Positions 36,435-44,406 of a DNA stretch of 64,000 bases are shown here, one piece after another. Position 1 is the stretch's first letter, and each line of letters opens with the position of its first letter. Made by a program: the position numbers and the translations under genes. The stretch comes from Candidatus Bathyarchaeia archaeon. Its GTDB lineage: Archaea > Thermoproteota > Bathyarchaeia > Bathyarchaeales > Bathycorpusculaceae. Location of the stretch: positions 12,411 through 76,410 of the forward strand of contig JAVZNT010000003.1 of assembly GCA_038882655.1 (NCBI GenBank). The letters are read 5' to 3'. Below the pieces are notes generated by a model. That model was not told where the DNA came from, ran no database searches, and was given only the letters and a program-made list of their open reading frames with translations.

Positions 36435-38162
36435 ATGGCAGTATTAAAGTGTGTTATTATGCCTACATCTTTTAAGGCACTGGCCGAGTTATGCGAGAAA
36501 CTGGAAGGTATGAGTAGGCGTGTTCCAGCAGTAAACCTTGTAGTGGATTTCCTAAAAAGCCTTGAGCCCAGCGAGGTTGAGCCTGCGGTTTCGATGATTT
36601 TGGGGAGACCTTTTCCAACGTGGAGCCAGCAAACTATTGATGTGAGTTGGGCTACTCTAAGCGAGATTATTAGGCGCATTACTGGGGTTAAATGGAGAGT
36701 TTTTCTAGAAGCCTTCAATCAGACTGGCGATGTGGGTTCGGCGGCAAAGGTTGTTTTTGAAAGTTGCAAGGTTAAGCGGCAAGCAGTGCTTTTTGAAAAG
36801 CCTTTAACAATTTTGGAGGTTAGACGGAGTTTTGAAGCTATTGCCGAAACCGTTGGGTATGGTTCTAAGGGGAAAAGGGAACGTTTAATTGAGACCATGC
36901 TAAGTTTGGCTTCCCCTCTTGAGGCAAAATATCTGGTTAAAATATTCATTGGTGAGATGCGAACGGGTTTTTATGAGGGATTGATGGAGCAAGCAGTTTC
37001 AAGGGCTTTCCAGATACCGCTTGAAGCCGTTAAAAGGGCGGGGATGATGCTTGGGGATATTGGCACTGTGGCGGCGCTATTTAAGACTGAGGGTGGGGAG
37101 GCGCTGTCAAAGATTGATTTTCAAGTTTTTAGACCCGTAAAGCTTATGCTGGCTCAGATGGCGAATGATGTGGCTGAGGCGATTAAAGAACATGGTGGGC
37201 GAACAGCTTTTGAGCATAAGCTTGACGGCGCTCGTGTTCAAATTCACAAGCAAGGCAATAATGTGCGAATTTTCAGTCGCAGATTAACAGACGTTACCAA
37301 AAGTTTGCCAGAAATAACCGACATCGTGAAAAGGGAGATTAAAGCCTATAACGCCATTATGGAAGGCGAAGTAATATCCGTAGATGATGAAGGGCACCCA
37401 GTTCCTTTCCAACATCTTATGCGGAGATTTAAAAGAGTTCATGAAATTGAAGACGTGGCCGAAACAATCCCTGTTAAGCTTTACCTTTTCGACATTTTAT
37501 ATCTAGATGGTGAAAGCCTAATATCTTTGCCCTACCTTCAGCGAAGAAAAATTTTGGCTGAAAATGCTGGTGGGATACCTCTAACAAAACAGCTAATTAC
37601 AAACAGCGTTGACGAGGCTGAAAAATTCCTTAAGGAGGCTATTGACTGTGGACATGAGGGACTAATGGCAAAGAGGTTAAACAGCGAATACAAACCCGGA
37701 ATTCGTGGAAAACACTGGTTGAAGATAAAGCCGATCCTTGAACCGTTAGACTTAGCCATTGTTGCCGCAGAGTACGGTTATGGGCGGAGACGCGAATGGC
37801 TTTCAGATTATTATTTGGCTGCTCGCGACGCTGAAACTGGCGAATTTCTAATTGTTGGCAAAACCTTCAAGGGGTTAACAGACTCTGAAATTATCGAGAT
37901 GACCAAGCGCCTAAAAGAACTGACCATAAAAGAAGAGTACCGTAGGGTCTATGTCACTCCAAAAATTGTTGTAGAAGTAGCCTACAACGAAATTCAGAAG
38001 AGCCCAAAATACAAGTGTGGCATGGCACTGCGGTTTGCACGGATAGCCCGCATAAGAGAGGACAAAACACCAGAGGAAATCGACACCATCCAGAGGGTTA
38101 GGGAAATCTATCAGAAACAGTTTTTAAAAAAGGGTAATATAAGACTGCAGAACAGCATTTAA
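36435..38162 (+). CDS. lig: ATP-dependent DNA ligase
   Basis: Adenylation motif I EHKLDGARVQIHK (KxDG). Also FDILYLDG, EGLMAK and WLKIKP. Length is 575 aa. Confidence 0.95.
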   Translation: MAVLKCVIMPTSFKALAELCEKLEGMSRRVPAVNLVVDFLKSLEPSEVEPAVSMILGRPFPTWSQQTIDVSWATLSEIIRRITGVKWRVFLEAFNQTGDVGSAAKVVFESCKVKRQAVLFEKPLTILEVRRSFEAIAETVGYGSKGKRERLIETMLSLASPLEAKYLVKIFIGEMRTGFYEGLMEQAVSRAFQIPLEAVKRAGMMLGDIGTVAALFKTEGGEALSKIDFQVFRPVKLMLAQMANDVAEAIKEHGGRTAFEHKLDGARVQIHKQGNNVRIFSRRLTDVTKSLPEITDIVKREIKAYNAIMEGEVISVDDEGHPVPFQHLMRRFKRVHEIEDVAETIPVKLYLFDILYLDGESLISLPYLQRRKILAENAGGIPLTKQLITNSVDEAEKFLKEAIDCGHEGLMAKRLNSEYKPGIRGKHWLKIKPILEPLDLAIVAAEYGYGRRREWLSDYYLAARDAETGEFLIVGKTFKGLTDSEIIEMTKRLKELTIKEEYRRVYVTPKIVVEVAYNEIQKSPKYKCGMALRFARIARIREDKTPEEIDTIQRVREIYQKQFLKKGNIRLQNSI

Positions 38163-38194
38163 TATGCCTAATTGCCCTATAAGGAAGATTTAAA

Positions 38195-39241
38195 ATGGCG
38201 AAAACACGAAAGCCTCGCATTCCATATGAGGAATTCTATAGCCGGCAACTCGTTATGAAAGAGCTTGGACGCGATGGACAAGAGAAGCTTGCAAGGGCAA
38301 AGGTTGCTGTTGTGGGACTTGGTGGGCTTGGCACGGTTTCCTCGCTTTATTTGGCGCTTGCTGGTGTTGGCTACATACGCCTAATAGACCAAGACACTGT
38401 GGAACCACACAACCTCCACAGACAAGTTTTGTACACGTCAAAGGATTTGCGGTATCCAAAAGCCGAGGTTTCAGCTAAGAGGCTTATGGGGATAACCCCC
38501 TTCGTTAAAGTTGAGGCAATTCCGGAGAACTTAAATGTGGACAACGCTGAAAAACTTTTGAAAAGTGTTGACTGCGTTGTTGACGGCTTAGATAACATGC
38601 GAACACGTTATCTGGTTAATCGCACTTGTATAAAGCTTAAAATTCCATATGTTTTTGGAGCCGCCATAGGAATAGAAGGTAACCTCTCAGTTTTCGTCCC
38701 ACCAGAAACCCCATGCCTAGAATGTATCCTGCCAAACCTTGAAGACAGCAACCTACTAACATGCGACGTTAGAGGAGTTTTAGGCGCAACTCCAGGGATC
38801 ATTGGAACAATGGAAGCCATGGAAACAATAAAACTCTTGACTGGAATAGGCACGCCATTAAAAGGTAAGCTTATGATATGCGACTTCAGCGACATGTACT
38901 TCACAACAATAGACATATACAAAAGGGAAAACTGTCCAGCGTGCCGTGGCGAAGTCACCGCCCAAAAACTAAGGGAAAAGCTTGTATGGCTATGCGGGAG
39001 AAACACTGTCAACATAAACCCAGAAAAACCAACAAGACTCAACCTTGAAAGCCTCTACACAAAAATAAGGCAAATCTTTAAAGTGCGCGTGAAATCTTCA
39101 ATGGCAATAGTCTTCACATACAAAGACTATGAAGTAACACTGTTTAACGGCGGACGCATGCTAATAAAAAACATTAACAACGAAGAAAAAGCCCACAAGA
39201 TCTACAGAGAAATAGCCCAAAAAATAGGATTAAACCAATAA
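38195..39241 (+). CDS. ThiF/MoeB/HesA-family E1-like adenylyltransferase with an extra C-terminal domain of about 95 aa
   Basis: VAVVGLGGLGTVSSLYLALAGVGYIRLIDQDTVEPHNLHRQ. Zinc motifs CLEC and CPAC. Cys loop TCDVRGVLG. The C-terminal domain VWLCGRNTV...VTLFNGGRMLIKNINNEEKAHKIY is unassigned. Confidence 0.8.
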   Translation: MAKTRKPRIPYEEFYSRQLVMKELGRDGQEKLARAKVAVVGLGGLGTVSSLYLALAGVGYIRLIDQDTVEPHNLHRQVLYTSKDLRYPKAEVSAKRLMGITPFVKVEAIPENLNVDNAEKLLKSVDCVVDGLDNMRTRYLVNRTCIKLKIPYVFGAAIGIEGNLSVFVPPETPCLECILPNLEDSNLLTCDVRGVLGATPGIIGTMEAMETIKLLTGIGTPLKGKLMICDFSDMYFTTIDIYKRENCPACRGEVTAQKLREKLVWLCGRNTVNINPEKPTRLNLESLYTKIRQIFKVRVKSSMAIVFTYKDYEVTLFNGGRMLIKNINNEEKAHKIYREIAQKIGLNQ

Positions 39242-39280
39242 AACCTTTATTTGCACGTTAACAAAACTCTATTTAAAAAT

Positions 39281-39353
39281 GCCGGGGTGGCCGAACGGTT
39301 CAGGCGGCTGCCTGCAGAGCAGCTATATGTGGGTTCAACTCCCACCCCCGGCT
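39281..39353 (+). tRNA. tRNA-Cys (GCA)
   Basis: Cloverleaf folded by hand. Acceptor GCCGGGG/CCCCGGC, anticodon stem GCTGC/GCAGC with loop CTGCAGA (anticodon GCA, G37), T arm GTGGG-TTCAACT-CCCAC, discriminator U73. No intron and no encoded CCA. Confidence 0.9.
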
Positions 39354-39361
39354 CTGCACTG
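39332..39361 (+). repeat. tRNA-Cys 3' end plus 8 nt of downstream flank (copy 1 of a degenerate direct repeat, candidate att site)
   Basis: GGTTCAACTCCCACCCCCGGCTCTGCACTG. A partial second copy lies at 44253-44279. Confidence 0.5.
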
Positions 39362-39368
39362 AAGCAAC

Positions 39369-39527
39369 TCACTTAAGTTTCCTGAAGAACTTTGCTCCAT
39401 TATGGTCACAAACATATTCAAAACCAGCCTCTACGAGCTCCGTTATCTTCTCATTCGAAGTTGCGACTTTACAAATGTAATCATCTTTGTGTTTCCAAAG
39501 TTTAAAATTGTGTATATTAGTGTGTTC
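39369..39527 (-). pseudogene. start-less 52-codon remnant of a protein C-terminus abutting the tRNA-Cys 3' end
   Basis: The minus-strand frame reads EHTNIHNFKLWKHKDDYICKVATSNEKITELVEAGFEYVCDHNGAKFFRKLK-stop. It is bounded upstream by an in-frame TAA and has no start codon. The stop lies 16 nt from the tRNA end. Confidence 0.45.
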
Positions 39528-39682
39528 TTAATGTTTTTGCGGTACTCTAAAGTGGTGTTCCGATGTTTAAAAGCAGCATTGATGTCGTTAAAGGGAGGCG
39601 CATTAGGAAGTCTTCTTTAAAGTCTAATCGGTTAGGGAAAGCTTTTCTAAAAGCATGCGCACTGTTTATATGGTCTGTCAGC

Positions 39683-42600
39683 ATGCCTGAGGGCTTGAAG
39701 GTTGAGCGTTTTCTTCGTCAAGCGGAAAAAATGGAAGGAAAGTATGAGTGGCTGGAAGCTGCTGAGTCCTACAAGAAAGCGTTGAGTCTGTTGCCGCCAC
39801 GCGAATTTCTTAAGGTAGGCGACGTGTACGAGCATATAAGCTATGCTTTTTATCGAGCAGCAATGCAATCTGGGAGTTTAAACGAATTTAGGAGCAGGAT
39901 GAGCCAAGCTGTTGTTAATTGCGAGCGGGCAAGAGCTTCATATGCTAAGCTGAGCACTGCCAAAAGATTACCTCTGATGCTTCGTTGCGATGCCATGGTC
40001 GCATTGGCACATTATTGGCTTGGGTCTTCAGTGTCGGAAAGAAAAAAGCATGCGGATGAATGTTGGCAATTGACAATAAAAGCTCTCGAATTATTCAAGG
40101 AGTCTTCAAACGCTAGAGAATATGGCTTAACTTACAACAGGTTCACAACAAGCGTTCTTTTTGGGTTCTTTGCAGAATGGGATTATGAGACCCGAAGAAA
40201 AAAAGCTACAGAAGCTATAGAAAGCGGAGAGCAGGCAGTTAAGTTTCTTTCCACACGTGGCAATTCTCGCGAGTTAACAACAGCCCTTGTTAAGGTTGCA
40301 AGTTTTCGGGAAATGTTTGGTTTCTATTTCCTTGATTTAGAGGCGAGGAAAGAAGAGTATCAGAGAGCTTTAGACTGTTGGCTTAGAGCTAACGAGCTTT
40401 CTGAAGAAACAGCTTACCATGAATTATTGAATTCTTTTGCCATGGTGATGCTTGAAAACCCTGAATGGGAGTGGGGAACAGAAAAAACGCTTGCGAATAT
40501 TAAGAAAGCGTTGAACTACAGTAAAAAAGCGAGAGATAATCTAACAATCGGGCTTGCACTCGATTGGTTGGGTTTTCATGCTCTTTTCAATGCAGAAACA
40601 TGTGAAGATCCAAAACGTAGGGTTGAACTTACTAAGAAGGCCTTGCAATATGCCGAAGATGCTAAACGTAACTATTCGCGGGTTTGCTTCATCAGTCCAC
40701 TTTGGGGTCCTTTGTGGGTGGAATCTCCTCTTGCTGGCTTCTATTTCGACCTTGCTGCTTGTGCAACGAATCTTAACGAAAGACGCGATTTATTAGAAAA
40801 AGCCAGAGATGCATCAATGGAGTTGCTGAATTGTGCTTATGCGTCTACGTATCCAGAAGTCATAATGTATGCACATCATGTGTTCAGCGATGTTTTATTC
40901 TCATTTGCTCATATGGAAACCAATCCTGACAAGAGGCAGCAGCTCCTAGAAGAAGCTATGACACATTCAGATGAGACTGTCAGGATAATCGAGCAGTTTA
41001 TCCCCTATTACTATTGGAAACGTGGTAAGATGCAGAATTCCTTGGCAGACATCAAGTCTGAACTGTCTGATTTGTATAAAGATTTTGAAGTTAAAAAGAG
41101 TTTACTTGAGGAAGCTGTGATGGGGAAAGAAAGAACGGTGAAACTTGTTGCAAAGTATGTGAACTTCTGGGAAGGCATAGGGCCTATTCCACCATTGGTC
41201 GCCAATTTGGCAGAATGGCAATTCCAATACGGAGTCTTGCTAAGTCGCCTCGGCGAGTTCACAAAAAACATTGAATATCTGAAAAAAGCTGCCAAAACCT
41301 TTGAAGAAGCTGCAGCGTCCTTCATGAAGCTTAACCTATTCAGTTACATAGCTCAGTGCTACTGGAAAAAAGGGCAAACCTCCGATGCGTTAGAAGATTA
41401 CTTGACGGCTGCAGCAGATTTTGATACAGCTTCAAAGTATTTCAGAAGAGCCTCAAAGACAATTCCTCAACTGTCACAATTCTATCAAGACTACGCTCGT
41501 TACATGCATGCATGGGCTGAGATTGAAAAAGCCAGACACAACCACAAAACACAGGATTATGAGTCAGCCCGGGAGCATTTCAAGAAAGCTTCCAAAATTC
41601 ATAGGCTGTCGAAGCAATGGAGTTACCTTGCTCTAAACTATGAAGCTTGGGCAGAACTGGAAAGCGCTGAGGCTTTGAGCACAAGAGAGCAAAGTGAAAA
41701 AGCCCTCAAAACTTTCACAAATGCCATTGCAATGTTTAATGAGACGAAAAATTCTCTTCAAGCCCAGCTAAGCAGGATTAAAGATAGAGATGAAATCCAA
41801 ATGGTCGCAAGCATTATTAAAGCCGCATCGTTCAGAACAAAATACTGCAGAGGAAGAATGGCCATAGAAGAAGCAAAGATTCTCGACAGAAAAGGCGACC
41901 ATTATTCTAGCTCGGAAAAATACAGTTCAGCCGCAGAAAATTTTGAAAAAATAATTCAAAATATGGAATCAGAACACTATCGGAACGAACTTGAATTCAT
42001 TTTAATTCTTTGCCGAGCTTGGCAAAAAATGACGAAAGCTGAAGCGGAAGTTTCCCCTTCGTTGTATATGGAGGCGTCAGAGTTGTTTGAACAAGCGAAA
42101 GAGTTTAGCGTAGACGAAAGGTCCAAAATGCTGGCGTTGGGGCATAGTCACTTCTGCAAGGCGCTTGCATCAGGAACAAAATTCGTGGACACAAGAGACA
42201 AACGCCTCTACGCTGTCACTTTACAACACCTAGAAATCGCCTCCAACTACTATCTTAAGGCAGGTTTCAAAAACGCTGTAGAGTACGGAAAAGGCATTGA
42301 ACTGCTTTTCGAGGCTTATATATACATTAACACCGCTAAGAAAGAGAGAGAACCTGAGAAAAAAGTCAAACTTTTCATGATGGCTAAGAAAATTCTGGAA
42401 TCTTCTGCTGAATCATTTCTGAAGGCGAGGCACTTTGAAAAAAGAGAGCAAGTGCTCAAGTTGATCGAAAAAGTGGCGGAAGAACGGACATTAGCTCTTT
42501 CTCTCACCGAGACATTGCATGCTCCAGCTATTATTACGGCTGCATCTACTTTTCCCACTCCAAGTCCAACCAACGAAAAAGCTGTAGGCTTAGAACAATT

Positions 42601-43306
42601 TGAACACGCCAACATACAAGCCTATTTGGTTGCACCCAGAGAAGTAGAGGTTGGAGAGACGTTTGAAGTTAGACTGGATATGACAAATGTCGGCAAAGAG
42701 CCCGGGTTGCTTGTTAGAATTGAGGACCTTGTTTCGTCTGTTCTGAAGATTTCTGGAACTATACCAAAATACAATTTTGATGAAAGCTCGATAGATGTGA
42801 AGGGCAAGCAACTTGAACCTCAGAGAATCGAATCCATCCTTCTTCAAGTCACAGCATTAGGAAGCGGCATCACGCATCTGAGTCCAAAAATAGTCTACAT
42901 TGATAGCCGCGGCAACTTTAAGACGTGTCAAGCCAAACCGACCACATTAACAATTTATCCGATTGGCAAATTTCAGTTTAGAACAGTCAACGCACAAAAA
43001 GTATTTGACTATTTAGCTAAAGCCTTCTCTGACGATTATATGAGAAAGCGGATGCCATTGGAAAAGTCAGGTTGGAGAACGCTCATGCAAATTGTGAAAA
43101 ATGCGCATGTATCAAAGTCAAGTATATACGGCACAGGAGTTCATCGTGGAGTAGGCATGACTGAACTGGAAAGACGAGGCGTCGTTGAAGTCAGAATCTT
43201 CCCAGAAGAAAGAGGAAGAGGCGGAAAAATCACTAAAGCACGCATAGCTTATGAGAGAGATGTGGTAAAGAGGTACATTGACCAGCAGGTTATGAAAATA
43301 AAGTAA
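39683..43306 (+). CDS. very large helical-repeat (TPR-like) protein with a C-terminal Ig-like beta-sandwich and a winged-helix-like domain
   Basis: About 1000 aa of helical hairpins roughly 40 aa each (for example AQCYWKKGQTSDALEDYLTAAADFDTASKYFRRASK). Then VAPREVEVGETFEVRLDMTNVGKEPG...TTLTIYP (beta-sandwich-like). Then WRTLMQIVKNAHVSKSSIYGTG...MTELERRGVVEVRIFPEERGRGGKITKARI (wHTH-like). The ATG at 39683 (MPEGLKVERF) is preferred over the track start at 39563. Confidence 0.75.
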   Translation: MPEGLKVERFLRQAEKMEGKYEWLEAAESYKKALSLLPPREFLKVGDVYEHISYAFYRAAMQSGSLNEFRSRMSQAVVNCERARASYAKLSTAKRLPLMLRCDAMVALAHYWLGSSVSERKKHADECWQLTIKALELFKESSNAREYGLTYNRFTTSVLFGFFAEWDYETRRKKATEAIESGEQAVKFLSTRGNSRELTTALVKVASFREMFGFYFLDLEARKEEYQRALDCWLRANELSEETAYHELLNSFAMVMLENPEWEWGTEKTLANIKKALNYSKKARDNLTIGLALDWLGFHALFNAETCEDPKRRVELTKKALQYAEDAKRNYSRVCFISPLWGPLWVESPLAGFYFDLAACATNLNERRDLLEKARDASMELLNCAYASTYPEVIMYAHHVFSDVLFSFAHMETNPDKRQQLLEEAMTHSDETVRIIEQFIPYYYWKRGKMQNSLADIKSELSDLYKDFEVKKSLLEEAVMGKERTVKLVAKYVNFWEGIGPIPPLVANLAEWQFQYGVLLSRLGEFTKNIEYLKKAAKTFEEAAASFMKLNLFSYIAQCYWKKGQTSDALEDYLTAAADFDTASKYFRRASKTIPQLSQFYQDYARYMHAWAEIEKARHNHKTQDYESAREHFKKASKIHRLSKQWSYLALNYEAWAELESAEALSTREQSEKALKTFTNAIAMFNETKNSLQAQLSRIKDRDEIQMVASIIKAASFRTKYCRGRMAIEEAKILDRKGDHYSSSEKYSSAAENFEKIIQNMESEHYRNELEFILILCRAWQKMTKAEAEVSPSLYMEASELFEQAKEFSVDERSKMLALGHSHFCKALASGTKFVDTRDKRLYAVTLQHLEIASNYYLKAGFKNAVEYGKGIELLFEAYIYINTAKKEREPEKKVKLFMMAKKILESSAESFLKARHFEKREQVLKLIEKVAEERTLALSLTETLHAPAIITAASTFPTPSPTNEKAVGLEQFEHANIQAYLVAPREVEVGETFEVRLDMTNVGKEPGLLVRIEDLVSSVLKISGTIPKYNFDESSIDVKGKQLEPQRIESILLQVTALGSGITHLSPKIVYIDSRGNFKTCQAKPTTLTIYPIGKFQFRTVNAQKVFDYLAKAFSDDYMRKRMPLEKSGWRTLMQIVKNAHVSKSSIYGTGVHRGVGMTELERRGVVEVRIFPEERGRGGKITKARIAYERDVVKRYIDQQVMKIK

Positions 43307-43528
43307 AAATAAAGGTGAACATTCCAGCGCTAAAATGCTGTAATCTCAAAGCCCCAAGTAAATTTGCAGTTTTCAGCTTTGAATCAAGATCCTCCATTCA
43401 AATAGCCATGAAATGACCTGTTTATTATCAAAATAGGCGTTTTTTTACCTTGCATAACATGCAAAAATGCTCTACTATTTTTCCTTCTTTTAAATTAAAT
43501 CAGAAACGGGAAAAGGAGGTGGGATGAT

Positions 43529-44041
43529 ATGAAAGGAAAAATATTACTAGTCATACCCGTTGCACTCTTAGCATTGTCAATTATTCCAGCGAAGGCGGCT
43601 CCTACTTGGTACAATAAAGCTGAAATGGAAATAACAGGCTTTACGTTTATGGGACCTGATCCAGGGGGAAGAGGTCTCCTATTTGATGTAACTTTTGTTG
43701 GAGTTGCTGCTGGACCTAACATCAAAGAGGCAACTGTGGAGGGAGTAGATCATCTTCTCATGGACTGGGAAGGAATTGGCCATTTAGATGTGTACTTGAC
43801 GGATACCGACAAACAAGGTGAAAAAATTTCAGCGCATATTACTGGACTCGCTGTGACCAAGACGCCTGGCCGCATTGTTTTTGAAAATGCACAGGCAACT
43901 GTCATCAACACGGCTGGTTATCCTACTACTGGCAAGTATACTGACCTGATTGGCACCACTTTCAATGTTGAAGGCTTTATTACAGAACTCTCCATCAACC
44001 CTCCAAGTGGGTATATACACGCTAAGTGGTGCTGGACCTAA
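43529..44041 (+). CDS. hypothetical secreted beta-rich protein
   Basis: GGAGGTG lies 7 nt upstream of the ATG. Signal-peptide-like MKGKILLVIPVALLALSIIPAKA. I recognise no family. Confidence 0.65.
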   Translation: MKGKILLVIPVALLALSIIPAKAAPTWYNKAEMEITGFTFMGPDPGGRGLLFDVTFVGVAAGPNIKEATVEGVDHLLMDWEGIGHLDVYLTDTDKQGEKISAHITGLAVTKTPGRIVFENAQATVINTAGYPTTGKYTDLIGTTFNVEGFITELSINPPSGYIHAKWCWT

Positions 44042-44252
44042 ATGAAAAGCCATTCAAATTGGCTTTCCTCCTTTTTAAACGACGCTGAATACAGAGAGGT
44101 GAATTGTTCAAAAAGAACGAAGTATATGTCGAAATTCCGTTCTACTTTCTATAAATCCAGCATAATCCACATTCAAACAGGATGTCTAATCCTGAAATTT
44201 CACTCTTAAAAAGAAAAATGGAAGTTTGCGGGAGATGTCTCCACGCGTTGAT

Positions 44253-44279
44253 GGTTCAACTCCCCCCAACTCTACACTG
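44253..44279 (+). repeat. degenerate second copy of the tRNA-Cys 3' end and flank (candidate distal att site)
   Basis: GGTTCAACTCCCCCCAACTCTACACTG. The first 12 nt are identical to the tRNA T-loop/stem, and CTCT-CACTG matches the flank CTCTGCACTG at 9 of 10 positions. Confidence 0.45.
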
Positions 44280-44406
44280 CTACCCAAATACGAAAGAAGC
44301 TTACCAGTGGTTTCGGCAAAATGTCCATCTTTAACATTTAGGGATAGAATTTTCTTACATAAACGTTTTATGATTAAACATTGAATGTGAAGCGGTGACA
44401 TGAGCT

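Noticed and set aside
39402-39620. 72-aa plus-strand ORF between tRNA-Cys and the large TPR gene.
   Set aside because: It is a F/I/V-rich translation of AT-rich DNA, antisense to the better-looking C-terminal remnant. It also overlaps the unlikely upstream extension of the large gene.
44218-44334. 38-aa plus-strand ORF (MEVCGRCLHAL...) that reads through the tRNA-like repeat.
   Set aside because: It is too short and unsupported. The sequence is more simply explained as non-coding att-like DNA.
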